Shown here piece after piece: positions 39,008-48,499 of a DNA stretch of 64,000 nt. Under the pieces are notes generated by a model. The model was not told where the DNA came from, ran no database searches, and worked only from the letters and a program-made list of their open reading frames with translations. A program made the position numbers and the translations under genes. The stretch is taken from positions 49,003 through 113,002 of IMG/VR virus record IMGVR_UViG_3300042542_005394; one strand, 5' to 3'. The first letter of the stretch is position 1; each line of letters opens with the position of its first letter. Origin of the DNA: a virus.

Positions 39008-39444
39008 TTATACTGTTTGAAAACATTAGATGGTTTAATTAAGGGTTTGAAGCTTTTGCTCTGTACCTTATCATAATACTCAACCCATTTATCGAGAACC
39101 TCTTGAACAAAGAATATATCGTATGCGTTATTTGCTTTATGAACATCATATAAAGTATCTATGATATCTTTTTTAGCTAATCCATTATCTATTAAATATA
39201 TCATCTGAGCATATTGCTCTGCTATAAGTTTTATTGCTGGCTCATTAAGATTTTCTAATTCTGGCCAATAACACGTAATATTTATTAATCCATCAAAACC
39301 CAGCTCAAAGTTTAAACTACATAAAAATTTCTTATCAGGAATAATCGGAGATGGTTGTTCTTTTTCTATAGTATTTTCCTTAGATTTTTCTATGGTAGAT
39401 GTTTGAAATCTAGATAATAGCCAAACTAAAATTTTTTTAAACAT
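39004..39444 (-). CDS. Hypothetical protein
   Basis: Operonic ORF. Confidence 0.7.
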   Translation of the reverse strand: MFKKILVWLLSRFQTSTIEKSKENTIEKEQPSPIIPDKKFLCSLNFELGFDGLINITCYWPELENLNEPAIKLIAEQYAQMIYLIDNGLAKKDIIDTLYDVHKANNAYDIFFVQEVLDKWVEYYDKVQSKSFKPLIKPSNVFKQYK

Positions 39445-39784
39445 AGTATAATGCTTTACGAGCTAACCTATCTATGATTGATATATTTTTACTTATATAG
39501 TATGTGTTTTTTAAGGGGGTGTTAGGAGGTATTGTGCAAGCGTATGATATAAGAATGTTATCTTCTTCTTTGGTTACATCTATTAATTTTGTATTTATCC
39601 AACCAAATCCAAGACTAACGTGTTCTTCAAATAGTTTTTGCAGTAATGATTCTATTGACCCTTTGTCTTCTTTTATTTCTGTCTCTAGAGGAGTATATTT
39701 ATTATCTTTTAAGGATACAAAACATTGCTCTGAGGAGAGTAGATTATAACTAACTATATAAAGACGTAACTTAATATCACACAT
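39437..39784 (-). CDS. Hypothetical protein
   Basis: Operonic ORF; start refined to MCDIK. Confidence 0.65.
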   Translation of the reverse strand: MCDIKLRLYIVSYNLLSSEQCFVSLKDNKYTPLETEIKEDKGSIESLLQKLFEEHVSLGFGWINTKLIDVTKEEDNILISYACTIPPNTPLKNTYYISKNISIIDRLARKALYYV

Positions 39785-40361
39785 ACTGTTTGATTCTCGA
39801 CAATCCCTTTTGTATATTTTGGCGAATGGCTTCTCTAGTGACTCCAAACTCTTCACCTATCTCAGATAAAGTCTTATCTTCAAAATAATATTGCTTAATC
39901 TGCTCGGCCTGTTTTTCTGTAATCAAACCACTATACATTATATCGTCAATATTCTGTCTTAGGTTTTCATGATACTCTTTCTCTTCTGCCAAAATAGCTG
40001 GATCATACTCCTGTTTGTCTGCCAAATGATCAGCAAAAGAAGTATCAAATTCTGGATTCTTATTTTCTAGAGACAGATGATTATTCTGCTTCTTATACTT
40101 ATTGGTTATATAGGTTTTAATAGCCCATATGCCGCATTGATTTCTATAAGAATAGCGAGTTTTCTTTTTGCCCTCGAAACCTGTACGATCTTTGTCCCAT
40201 TTCCAGTCTCCTACCATAATTGCAGAAGCTATATCTGCTATAGCATCTTCATTAGATAGTAATTCTTGTCTTAATGAAGAGTAGAATGATGGGGCAAACT
40301 TAGATATGATCTTTTTAGCCAGAGTAATATACGTAGACAAGCTTTCAAATTCTTTTTCCAT
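39777..40361 (-). CDS. Phage RNA polymerase sigma factor (sigma70 family)
   Basis: Region-4 HTH TLSEIGEEFGVTREAIRQ; divergent region 2 (WDKDR..YSY..IWAI). Confidence 0.85.
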   Translation of the reverse strand: MEKEFESLSTYITLAKKIISKFAPSFYSSLRQELLSNEDAIADIASAIMVGDWKWDKDRTGFEGKKKTRYSYRNQCGIWAIKTYITNKYKKQNNHLSLENKNPEFDTSFADHLADKQEYDPAILAEEKEYHENLRQNIDDIMYSGLITEKQAEQIKQYYFEDKTLSEIGEEFGVTREAIRQNIQKGLSRIKQYV

Positions 40362-40397
40362 TTATTTTTCCTTTTAAAGAGTCCTTAAAACCAAATC

Positions 40398-40826
40398 TTA
40401 CTTACTGAGCCTTTTCCATGCATCTGGGTCGGGTCTATCTTTATCTCCAGGTTTAGCTGGTCGATATTTCTTTCCTTCCCTTTCTCTTTTCTTGCGAATA
40501 TTTTCCCAGAGTCCGGGTTTTGATCCGCTTAGAGCATTATCGTCATGATCCGAGACGTACATGACAAAATCGTGTATAGTGCGCATATAATCCTCAGTTA
40601 TGGCGATTTTACCTTGTAGCCAGCTTTCTGTCAAGTTTTCTTTAATTTTTGGATCGCTAACAGCATCTAGTATAGACTGAGCGTTAGCAACTATAGCTCT
40701 CAGAGAACCAATATTCATCTCATAAAAATCTTCTTTATAATCTTCTAGATTATCATTAGACGAATGTGTTTTGTTATGAGTTAATACTGTTTGTATAGAG
40801 TTCAATATTTGGTAAAATCTATTCAT
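40398..40826 (-). CDS. Hypothetical phage protein
   Basis: ESWLQGKI and KPGLWENIRKKR modules recalled from large-phage proteins. Confidence 0.7.
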   Translation of the reverse strand: MNRFYQILNSIQTVLTHNKTHSSNDNLEDYKEDFYEMNIGSLRAIVANAQSILDAVSDPKIKENLTESWLQGKIAITEDYMRTIHDFVMYVSDHDDNALSGSKPGLWENIRKKREREGKKYRPAKPGDKDRPDPDAWKRLSK

Positions 40827-41467
40827 AATATTTTATCTTTAAGCTTATTAAATAATAATTTTGTTAATTTTATTGAAGCATTATTGTCTGATGGATAATG
40901 AACACCTTGTAATACCCTAGCCTTTGCAGTATTTTTAACCAATACATCCAATTTTTTTTCATCCACTTCCGGATAATGATGCTTAATAATTTGAGACACC
41001 AAACTACTATACACCGTATGTCCAGATGGATATGCTGCCGTATGATGAGTATCAGTTACTATAACATCAATATCCAGATTGTAATATTTGGCCAATTGAG
41101 CAGGTCTGGGCCTGTTCCATAAAGACTTAATATTAAATATAATAGGTTTGATAATATTGTAAAATTCTAATATTTTAGGATATGGATATTCCAGACCATA
41201 TTGTTTAAGTAATTCAATAAAAAAACTATCAGGATCTTGGTCCATTCTTTTTACTAATTCAATATCTTTATCATTTCTATTTATAGTTGATCGTGATACT
41301 AGCTGTAATTCTAAAAAAGTCTCTTTACTAATGTTAGACGGAGGAGCTTCTAAAATTTTCTTCCAATCAAAATCTACTATATCAGCAACGGGCTGCTCTA
41401 CATATACAGTATCATAGCCTAATGATTCGATTTCTTTGTATTTTATCAACGAGTTTAGATTGATCAT
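40823..41467 (-). CDS. PAP2-superfamily phosphatase/haloperoxidase-like protein
   Basis: K..WNRPRP, YPSGH, ARVLQGVHYPSD. Confidence 0.88.
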   Translation of the reverse strand: MINLNSLIKYKEIESLGYDTVYVEQPVADIVDFDWKKILEAPPSNISKETFLELQLVSRSTINRNDKDIELVKRMDQDPDSFFIELLKQYGLEYPYPKILEFYNIIKPIIFNIKSLWNRPRPAQLAKYYNLDIDVIVTDTHHTAAYPSGHTVYSSLVSQIIKHHYPEVDEKKLDVLVKNTAKARVLQGVHYPSDNNASIKLTKLLFNKLKDKIL

Positions 41468-42018
41468 GTTTGTATACTAAGAAAATTATCAAGACCCATT
41501 TGCTCAATTAACTTGAGATAACCTTCATATAATACTATACCATCTTCACTTCCTTTTAGTAGTGGTATCATTACATTGGCTGTCATCTCATCACCGATTG
41601 ATCTAGCTGCAACTATAGTTGCTCTTTCAGCAGCGGACGCTTCTTGAACTGAAGCTAGATTATATTTGATCATAGCAAGCATATCATGCCTACTCCAAAC
41701 TGGAGGTTGAACTACCAGTGGTTGATAGTCAGCATCAAAGAATTCTAGTCTTGATAGATTAATCATAGCGTGTTCATGCTCTTCTTTTGCATCAGCTTTT
41801 ATAACTTCAGCAAGTTTTTTATATCCCCATCTATCTAGATGAACAGCTTGAGCAGACAATACTGTGGTTTGCTGCCAGTGTATATTTAGAGACTTTTTAA
41901 GTAGTTCAATCACAGTGTCAGTTGAATAATTAGATACTTCTTGTGCTTGTATTGGAGATGTTTCTACTTCTTGCATTGTTAGTCCTTGTTCTTCTAGTAG
42001 TTGAGAAATTGTTTTCAT
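41464..42018 (-). CDS. bfr: Bacterioferritin/ferritin-like protein
   Basis: WGYKKLA, EEHEHA..RLEF, IEQMGLDNFL; some ferroxidase ligands appear substituted. Confidence 0.8.
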   Translation of the reverse strand: MKTISQLLEEQGLTMQEVETSPIQAQEVSNYSTDTVIELLKKSLNIHWQQTTVLSAQAVHLDRWGYKKLAEVIKADAKEEHEHAMINLSRLEFFDADYQPLVVQPPVWSRHDMLAMIKYNLASVQEASAAERATIVAARSIGDEMTANVMIPLLKGSEDGIVLYEGYLKLIEQMGLDNFLSIQT

Positions 42019-42022
42019 GATT

Positions 42023-42607
42023 TTATCCTATTTGAGTAGCATGTAATACACCACTATTAGACTCTAATTGTTTCATATATTTATATACTAATTCTAGCTC
42101 TCTAAAATTAGCATTACTTTTGATAGTATTAGCTTTAAAACTTATAATTTGTACATTTCCTTTAATATATCCTTTATTATTATCTATTCTATCTATAGAA
42201 TAGGAATTATCTTCAGCTTTTCCTTTGTTAAATTGTAGCTCTATTCCGAGTATAGGACATTCTCTAGGTAATATTATGTCATTCAGATCTAAATTAAATT
42301 CTAGATTATAGTCTTTAGATCTTTTTTTGGCAGCATTAAGCAAAACTTTTCTTCTGTCTCTGGTATAGACTCTTTGCTTGTCACAGCATTTACAAAAATA
42401 AGAATATCCAAAGGCAGAATTTTTATTTTTCCTAAATTCTTCAAATTTTTTAATAATACGACATCTACCACATTTTTTACAGTTGGCGGGAACATCTTTA
42501 TGTAGAACTAATAATCTATTATAGCTAGTTGAGCAAGAAAGCGAGCAGAATCTGACATTTTTTCTTTTGTGAGATATATCTTTATTACAGGCTATACATT
42601 TTTTCAT
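42023..42607 (-). CDS. Putative homing endonuclease (Zn fingers + HNH-like)
   Basis: CIAC..FCSLSC, CGRC..CKCC, CPILG, SIDRIDNNKGY..GNV..AN. Confidence 0.8.
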   Translation of the reverse strand: MKKCIACNKDISHKRKNVRFCSLSCSTSYNRLLVLHKDVPANCKKCGRCRIIKKFEEFRKNKNSAFGYSYFCKCCDKQRVYTRDRRKVLLNAAKKRSKDYNLEFNLDLNDIILPRECPILGIELQFNKGKAEDNSYSIDRIDNNKGYIKGNVQIISFKANTIKSNANFRELELVYKYMKQLESNSGVLHATQIG

Positions 42608-42630
42608 ATCTTTTTCTCCGTTGTGATTCT

Positions 42631-42637
42631 ATACACC
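42631..42637 (-). promoter_or_regulatory. GGTGTAT motif
   Basis: Recurrent motif; further copies at 42046-42052 and 43251-43257. Confidence 0.55.
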
Positions 42638-42663
42638 ACAATGGAAGAGAATATATAAAAATA

Positions 42664-43230
42664 TTAGTCTTTAACTGGACTATTTGATCGCCACTGATAA
42701 CAACTCCACCATTTTGGTTTCCACTTTGGTCCTGGATTTTTATCACATCCATGTCTAGCCCTAAAGCTTTTACGACGTTCTGGATCATCTCTCTTTATGG
42801 ATAAATTGGGATCCCCAAATCTGACTATAACAACCTTACCCTTGTCGTTTTTTGTATAAACAGCAAACTTTTTAGAACCTCCGGGAGTTCTAAATGGTTT
42901 GTTTAGAGTAACTTTACGTCCTTGATATTCAGCAGCTAATGTATAAAGATCCCATACTTCTTCTGGTTCGTTAAAATCTATATAATCTTCATCATTTGGG
43001 ATAATGAGATTAGATGGGGTAACCTCTTCACCATCTTCATCCAACTCTTCGTCATAATTATACTCCAGAATTTGTCTAACCTGTTCTACTAATGAAGATT
43101 TAGTTTGACCTAAACAAACAGCTATTCTCTGCTTATTGTCAGGATAGTCTTTTTTCATAACTTCGTCGCCCATGCAACGAGCTACAAACTTTTGTTGATC
43201 TTCGTCTTTATCTGGTTTTGGTATAGGCAT
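42664..43230 (-). CDS. Hypothetical phage protein (two small modules with acidic linker)
   Basis: MPIPKP..FVARCM..QRIAVC and AEYQGRKVTLNKP..VRFGDPN. Confidence 0.75.
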   Translation of the reverse strand: MPIPKPDKDEDQQKFVARCMGDEVMKKDYPDNKQRIAVCLGQTKSSLVEQVRQILEYNYDEELDEDGEEVTPSNLIIPNDEDYIDFNEPEEVWDLYTLAAEYQGRKVTLNKPFRTPGGSKKFAVYTKNDKGKVVIVRFGDPNLSIKRDDPERRKSFRARHGCDKNPGPKWKPKWWSCYQWRSNSPVKD

Positions 43231-43240
43231 AGTATTTCTC

Positions 43241-44305
43241 CTATTCTTGTATACACCTAACTAATGTATTGGCCGAATTTTCCCAACTATATTGTTCGGC
43301 CGTTGCTAATCCTGCTGGATTTTCTTTTGTTCTATTTTGATACATTTGTCTCATATACCATATAATAAAATCTTTTTCGTTATCTCCAATTTTAGCCCAA
43401 TTTCCTGTGCCATGAAACCATCTATTATCAATAGCAGACTCTGAATCAGATATTTCTATTAAAGAGCAATTATCTTTATTGCAATATTCTGTGTGTGCGG
43501 AATAATTCGTAGCTATTATCGGTTTGTTCATAGACATAGTCTCTAGTAGTTCAAGATTCCAACCCTCCGCTTTAGATATGTAAATACCGCAATCACAATA
43601 ACTCATTATATGAGCTAAATCATTTTGAGTAGGTAATCTAGGAAAAACTCTTATTTTAGATTTTAATTTAGAATTTTGCACCAAATTTAGCCATTGTTTT
43701 TCTTCTTCTTGTTTAAGAAATATATTGTGTGTAACTAACCATAACTCAACCTCATCATTCTGTTCAAAAGCTTTATTAAAGCATTCTATTAAAACATCAT
43801 GAGATTTTCTAATTTCCCATTTTCCAGCTGTCATAAATATATAATTATTTATTTTTCCTTTGTCTTCTGGAGTTCTAGGATAGAATATTGATCTATCTAC
43901 CCCTAAAGGCACCACCTTAACGGGCTTATTAATATTATTTTTTTCTACGATAGATTTTGCCCAATTACTACTAACTATAATAGTATCTGGAAAATTTAAA
44001 TGATGTTTTTCTAGTTCATTAAAAGTGTCAATTTCAAAAAATGGATAAGCAAAGTATTTTCCCCTACCAGGCTTATTTAGCAGATCAAACTGGTGCCAAA
44101 TTTTAACCGCTGGAGCGTCGTATGCTACTGATGCTTGTTTCATTGTGGCGTTATTTATTACTTCTGCATCTTCTCTATTTTCAGGCGTAGCATTTCCAAT
44201 AATAGATAAGCACACATTATTATTTTTAGCTAGTGCTTTTAGTATATGTAAAGAAGCGTGTCCATAACCTGTGCCTCCCATTGGGGCTTGTAGATGTATA
44301 TTCAT
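43241..44305 (-). CDS. Glycosyltransferase family 4
   Basis: TGYG, VPLGVD, GKWEIRK, EGWNLELLETMS. Confidence 0.88.
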   Translation of the reverse strand: MNIHLQAPMGGTGYGHASLHILKALAKNNNVCLSIIGNATPENREDAEVINNATMKQASVAYDAPAVKIWHQFDLLNKPGRGKYFAYPFFEIDTFNELEKHHLNFPDTIIVSSNWAKSIVEKNNINKPVKVVPLGVDRSIFYPRTPEDKGKINNYIFMTAGKWEIRKSHDVLIECFNKAFEQNDEVELWLVTHNIFLKQEEEKQWLNLVQNSKLKSKIRVFPRLPTQNDLAHIMSYCDCGIYISKAEGWNLELLETMSMNKPIIATNYSAHTEYCNKDNCSLIEISDSESAIDNRWFHGTGNWAKIGDNEKDFIIWYMRQMYQNRTKENPAGLATAEQYSWENSANTLVRCIQE

Positions 44306-44309
44306 ATAT

Positions 44310-45410
44310 TTATATTCCTAGTATTGGATTGTGATTATTGTGTATTTTATTAACTCTACAAAATTGTCCACATTTGGACATATATTTTATATTATTGGCT
44401 CCTATATAACAACAACAAGATCTTATTCCTCCAAGAAGTTCTTGTGTTACTTGATCAAGAGTTCCTTTATATGGAACCGTTATTTTAGTACCTTCGCTGG
44501 CTCTATAATTTTTCTTACCGTCCTCGAATAGGTCTTGAGAATGATGAGTACTCATGCCATAGTAGGTGAATCGACCTTTAGATTTTTTCTCAGACCCTAA
44601 TATTTTAGAATAATCTCCTCCAAATTCCCACTCTCCTTCGCACGGTTCACTACCAGAAAAGTACCCGCCTAACATTAAAAAGTCTGCCCCTGCGCATAGT
44701 GCTTTACATACATCTCCAACAGTTTTATGTCCACCATCTGAGCATATTAGTCCTAGTTTTTTAGGTCCGTTTTGGAGTCCATGAGCGACGTAAGAATTTT
44801 CTAAACAAGTTGACAATTGAGGAATTCCACATCCTGTTTGAAAGCGAGTGGTACACGCACTACCTCCTCCCACTCCAACCTTTACAATATCAACTCCACC
44901 ATATATAATTAATTCTTGTGTTGAAGAAGTATTGGTAACATTACCAGCCAGTATAATAGATTCTGGAAACTCGTCCCTTACTTTTTTGCAATATTTAACA
45001 AAAACATCCATATGACCATTGGGTACATCAATGCATATGTTAGGTTGTTTATTAAGTTTATTTTTAAGTTCAAGTAAATGATTTAGGTCGCTTTTTTTAT
45101 AGCCTATAGACACAAAAGTATAATCTATATTTTCTGGGTGTTCTGTAAAATAATTATATAAATCATCCACAGAATGATACTTATGTAAGCACGCTATCAT
45201 TTTGTGTTTAGCTAGAGCCTTTGCCATATCAAAACTACAAAAACTCATATTTGCACACATTACTGGAACACCTGTCCATTTGCGTGAAGAATGATAAAAA
45301 CTAAACGTTCTCTCAAGTTGTATTTCTGATCTACTAGTAAGAGTAGATCGCTGAGGAACTATTAGTACATCATCAAAATCAAGCTTGGTTTCATTGAGAA
45401 TTTTTTGCAT
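44310..45410 (-). CDS. guaC: GMP reductase
   Basis: KLDFDDVLIVP..SRS, KVGVGGGSACTTR, YYGMS, ASEG. Confidence 0.92.
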   Translation of the reverse strand: MQKILNETKLDFDDVLIVPQRSTLTSRSEIQLERTFSFYHSSRKWTGVPVMCANMSFCSFDMAKALAKHKMIACLHKYHSVDDLYNYFTEHPENIDYTFVSIGYKKSDLNHLLELKNKLNKQPNICIDVPNGHMDVFVKYCKKVRDEFPESIILAGNVTNTSSTQELIIYGGVDIVKVGVGGGSACTTRFQTGCGIPQLSTCLENSYVAHGLQNGPKKLGLICSDGGHKTVGDVCKALCAGADFLMLGGYFSGSEPCEGEWEFGGDYSKILGSEKKSKGRFTYYGMSTHHSQDLFEDGKKNYRASEGTKITVPYKGTLDQVTQELLGGIRSCCCYIGANNIKYMSKCGQFCRVNKIHNNHNPILGI

Positions 45411-45858
45411 TATTCAGCTCTATTTTTTCTTTATCTTTAAAATAATTGGGCCCATAATTTACATATATTTCTTCTCCTGCTAATATGTCTTTATTGGCTA
45501 TTACATCAGCATAACTGTGTTCCCAATTAAATTTCCATACAGCATTAGGTTCATCTTGATGATTATAAATCATGCCATATCCTAATGCCATATGTAATAC
45601 AAATCCATGTCTTTTACATTCTTGGCATGGGCATAATGGCTGTGTATATAAATATCTGTATATTTGAGGGTCTGTATGATATCTTGACCTAAAAGCCAAA
45701 GGGACCAATGGACATCTTTCAATTAGTTCGTCTGTTTTAATATTCTTTGTTGAAAAAATACCCAATCCTTGAATAAGAGATTTTTTAATAGTAACCTTAG
45801 AAGGATATACATAATCTATATCTGGAATTATTTTAGGATTATTATCATTATTGTCCAT
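45391..45858 (-). CDS. SET-domain lysine methyltransferase
   Basis: GLGIFS, YNHQDEPN, GEEIYVNYG..YF. Confidence 0.9.
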   Translation of the reverse strand: MDNNDNNPKIIPDIDYVYPSKVTIKKSLIQGLGIFSTKNIKTDELIERCPLVPLAFRSRYHTDPQIYRYLYTQPLCPCQECKRHGFVLHMALGYGMIYNHQDEPNAVWKFNWEHSYADVIANKDILAGEEIYVNYGPNYFKDKEKIELNNAKNSQ

Positions 45859-46300
45859 TGTATTTTACCTGTTCTATGCCAGTATAGGCATCTTTACTAT
45901 TAAAGTAGCAATTACCATAGTTAATAAAAATTTCCATATCTTTTGGTATATCTTTTATTGCAACAATGTCCCCTAGTAATTGAGGATAATTGAACTTCCA
46001 CAAAGCATTGGGTTCGTCCTGATGATTATAAAGCATACCATACCCAGCAGCAACATACATTATAAATCCATGTTTTTGTGCTTCTTCATCATTTTGATAC
46101 CTAGCGTACATGTATCCAAATATTGTCGGGTCTAATTGATACTTAGAACGATATTCCATTTGTATTAATGGACATCTTTCTATAACCTCTCCTTTTTTAA
46201 TATTGGTAGTAGCAAAAACTCCTCGACCTTGTATTGTGGAATCACCAACAATAATTTTGGTGGGAGCAATATATGCCGGTTGTTGTAAATTAATATTCAT
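45848..46300 (-). CDS. SET-domain lysine methyltransferase (tandem paralogue)
   Basis: GRGVFA, YNHQDEPN, EIFINYG..YF. Confidence 0.9.
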   Translation of the reverse strand: MNINLQQPAYIAPTKIIVGDSTIQGRGVFATTNIKKGEVIERCPLIQMEYRSKYQLDPTIFGYMYARYQNDEEAQKHGFIMYVAAGYGMLYNHQDEPNALWKFNYPQLLGDIVAIKDIPKDMEIFINYGNCYFNSKDAYTGIEQVKYNGQ

Positions 46301-46497
46301 ATAGTTTCCTTTAAAAAATCATCAGTATCGTAGCAGGTAAGGTTGGTTGACCATCCCGTTTCGCTAACGCAAATTTTTGCTACAGTTAAAAATCCTTTAC
46401 CTTTATATTTTTGAATGACGCACAATATTGCTGCTCTGTGAGATTTTCTATCTATAATTTCTTTGATTTGACCTGAGATAACATAGTATTTTGGCAT
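46297..46497 (-). CDS. Hypothetical protein
   Basis: Fills the operon gap exactly. Confidence 0.6.
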   Translation of the reverse strand: MPKYYVISGQIKEIIDRKSHRAAILCVIQKYKGKGFLTVAKICVSETGWSTNLTCYDTDDFLKETI

Positions 46498-46499
46498 TA

Positions 46500-47030
46500 T
46501 TAAATATCAAAAAAGCGCCATCTATTATAGTGTTCTATATTTTCATCACTATTGATATGACTTATGTAATTCTTTAATTCTTCCCAGTCTGAAAAAAACC
46601 ATTCATGAGGCAATGTTCCAAACAACCAATCTGGAACGTGTGTTTTACCTTGTTCTATATGAATCAATATGGGTTTTTTAGAACGATTACATAAGAATAA
46701 TTCTTCCCATGTTCCGCAGGCATAGTGGTCGAGATCTAGATTGACTACCAAAAAATCACTTATATCTACTAATCTCAAGTCAACTGATCTTATAGTTTTC
46801 ATCATTGATGAAAGCTCATCGTATCTTTTTTGATTTTTGAGTTTAGTTTTTATAATATGAGAATCATTATCTTCCATGCCGGTCGTAGTAGGTTTTGTTA
46901 TAGGATTAAATACTACAACACCCATACTTTCAAGAAAGGGAGTTATATTATCTCTCCATGTTGCTCCTCTATCCGCAACTCTGTCCATAGCACCGGCCAA
47001 ATAAACTCTTTGATTTTTTAATCTATTCAT
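46500..47030 (-). CDS. Nucleoside 2-deoxyribosyltransferase-like protein
   Basis: VYLAGAM, FNP, DLRLVDISD, GTWEE. Confidence 0.85.
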   Translation of the reverse strand: MNRLKNQRVYLAGAMDRVADRGATWRDNITPFLESMGVVVFNPITKPTTTGMEDNDSHIIKTKLKNQKRYDELSSMMKTIRSVDLRLVDISDFLVVNLDLDHYACGTWEELFLCNRSKKPILIHIEQGKTHVPDWLFGTLPHEWFFSDWEELKNYISHINSDENIEHYNRWRFFDI

Positions 47031-47032
47031 AT

Positions 47033-47152
47033 TCAGTTCGGAAATAGAAAGTCCCACAAATTTTTAGAATGTTGGATATTGTTACTATTTTGTACTTTTA
47101 ATAGTCCGTCAATAAATCCCATAATACAGAAAATTACCAATAAAATATACAT
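47033..47152 (-). CDS. 39-aa membrane peptide (not in ORF track)
   Basis: GGAGGAG RBS; MYILLVIFCIMGFIDGLLKV...; fills the gap. Confidence 0.6.
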   Translation of the reverse strand: MYILLVIFCIMGFIDGLLKVQNSNNIQHSKNLWDFLFPN

Positions 47153-47167
47153 AAGAACTCCTCCAAA

Positions 47168-47713
47168 TTATAGAGTATATACAAAAACATCCATATCATA
47201 CCAAATATCTGTAATTAGTTCACTAATAAAATTCCAGTTTCCTCCTGCTAGTCCGCTACCAAACTTAGGAGCATGTATTTCTACTCTGTTAATATCAGAG
47301 GCTGATTGAAGATGCTTAGTATAAGATCTGACCTGATTCATACAGTAAACCAAAGCGGCATAGTTAAGAGGTCTTTTATTTTTATCGCTAATTAATTTAT
47401 TTTGAGCAATCATATTAGCGAATATGATGCTATGGCCATACTTTTTATCTGATCTAACATTAATGAACTGTACATGGCCTAACTTTGCTTGAGAACCTAA
47501 CATATGAAAGTTAGCTTTAACTTCTGGATATAGTTGTGCTACTTGAGCAGCAAATCCAGCACCAAAAGCATTGACATTATTACAAACATGAGGAACTATA
47601 ACACTAGCTCCGTTTTGTTCTGATGTAATCCTATTCGATACTATATCAAATAGGTTTGCATTTTTTACAAAAGAAAATGTTTCTTTAAATTTAGGATATG
47701 TTTTTTGTGCCAT
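47168..47713 (-). CDS. Macrodomain protein (ADP-ribose processing)
   Basis: HVCNNVNAFGAGFA, PKFGSGLAGGNW. Confidence 0.88.
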   Translation of the reverse strand: MAQKTYPKFKETFSFVKNANLFDIVSNRITSEQNGASVIVPHVCNNVNAFGAGFAAQVAQLYPEVKANFHMLGSQAKLGHVQFINVRSDKKYGHSIIFANMIAQNKLISDKNKRPLNYAALVYCMNQVRSYTKHLQSASDINRVEIHAPKFGSGLAGGNWNFISELITDIWYDMDVFVYTL

Positions 47714-47972
47714 GATTCTTCCTGTCAATTTTATTCCATTTGTTTTGAGGACAGTGCTGATCGGCCCACGCTAGTTTGTTTAAGAAAACCTTTTTAGTAT
47801 TAACATTGCAGCCACATACCAGACACTGACTCTTTTTATTATCGAAGAACTCGCAGCTTTGGCAAATCTCGAAACGCTTTAAAATTTCTTGTTTAGTACT
47901 CTTTGGGAAACCCGCCCAAACATGAAATAGTAAAGACTTAAAAAAGATCGGTAGTTTTTTCAGAATACTCAT
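47691..47972 (-). CDS. Small Cys-rich zinc-binding protein
   Basis: RFEICQSC..CLVCGC..K..CPQNKW. Confidence 0.75.
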   Translation of the reverse strand: MSILKKLPIFFKSLLFHVWAGFPKSTKQEILKRFEICQSCEFFDNKKSQCLVCGCNVNTKKVFLNKLAWADQHCPQNKWNKIDRKNHGTKNIS

Positions 47973-48201
47973 TTTTAATTTCCTTCAGGGCTATAATATT
48001 CCCCTCTTTATCTCTAAAATATAGATCTAGACTTTCAACAATTTTATCGTCTTCGACCCATTGTAAAAATCCATTACTAATATTAACCGACAATCTTTTA
48101 TATTTGTCTTGTTTAGATAGTCTAAAATCACTAGTTAATATAAATCTCTCATTATTAACTAAGAATAGGTCGCCGGGTTTTAATTCATCAATGTATTTCA
48201 T
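47938..48201 (-). CDS. Hypothetical protein
   Basis: Operonic ORF. Confidence 0.65.
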   Translation of the reverse strand: MKYIDELKPGDLFLVNNERFILTSDFRLSKQDKYKRLSVNISNGFLQWVEDDKIVESLDLYFRDKEGNIIALKEIKNEYSEKTTDLF

Positions 48202-48376
48202 CTTCCCAGTCTTCCCACAATTCTTCCTGTCTTATTTCTTCCTTGTGTTTTTTAAACTGTTTTTTTAGTTTATTAGTATCTCTATAATCTATATCATTAG
48301 ATCTGCGATTTAGATTCTTTTTTTGTATATTTTGTCTACGATTATTTTTACGATTTTCGAAATCAGATTCTGTCAT
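48188..48376 (-). CDS. Small charged hypothetical protein
   Basis: ORF downstream of a TTGACA promoter-like site. Confidence 0.6.
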   Translation of the reverse strand: MTESDFENRKNNRRQNIQKKNLNRRSNDIDYRDTNKLKKQFKKHKEEIRQEELWEDWEDEIH

Positions 48377-48401
48377 TTGACTATTACCCTTAACATAACA
48401 T

Positions 48402-48429
48402 ATAGTATTCTGGAAAATAACAATGTCAA
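48402..48429 (-). promoter_or_regulatory. Possible sigma70-type promoter TTGACA-16-TACTAT
   Basis: Perfect -35, imperfect -10, intergenic. Confidence 0.45.
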
Positions 48430-48499
48430 GCTCCAGAATAATAAAAAATTAGGCTTGACGGAAACATGGTATCTCATTATGAATTATGCAGTTGAGCGG

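Noticed and set aside
44310-45410. IMP dehydrogenase call
   Set aside because: No CBS domains, and the SRS and ASEG-x-x-x-x-x-PYKG motifs fit GMP reductase better
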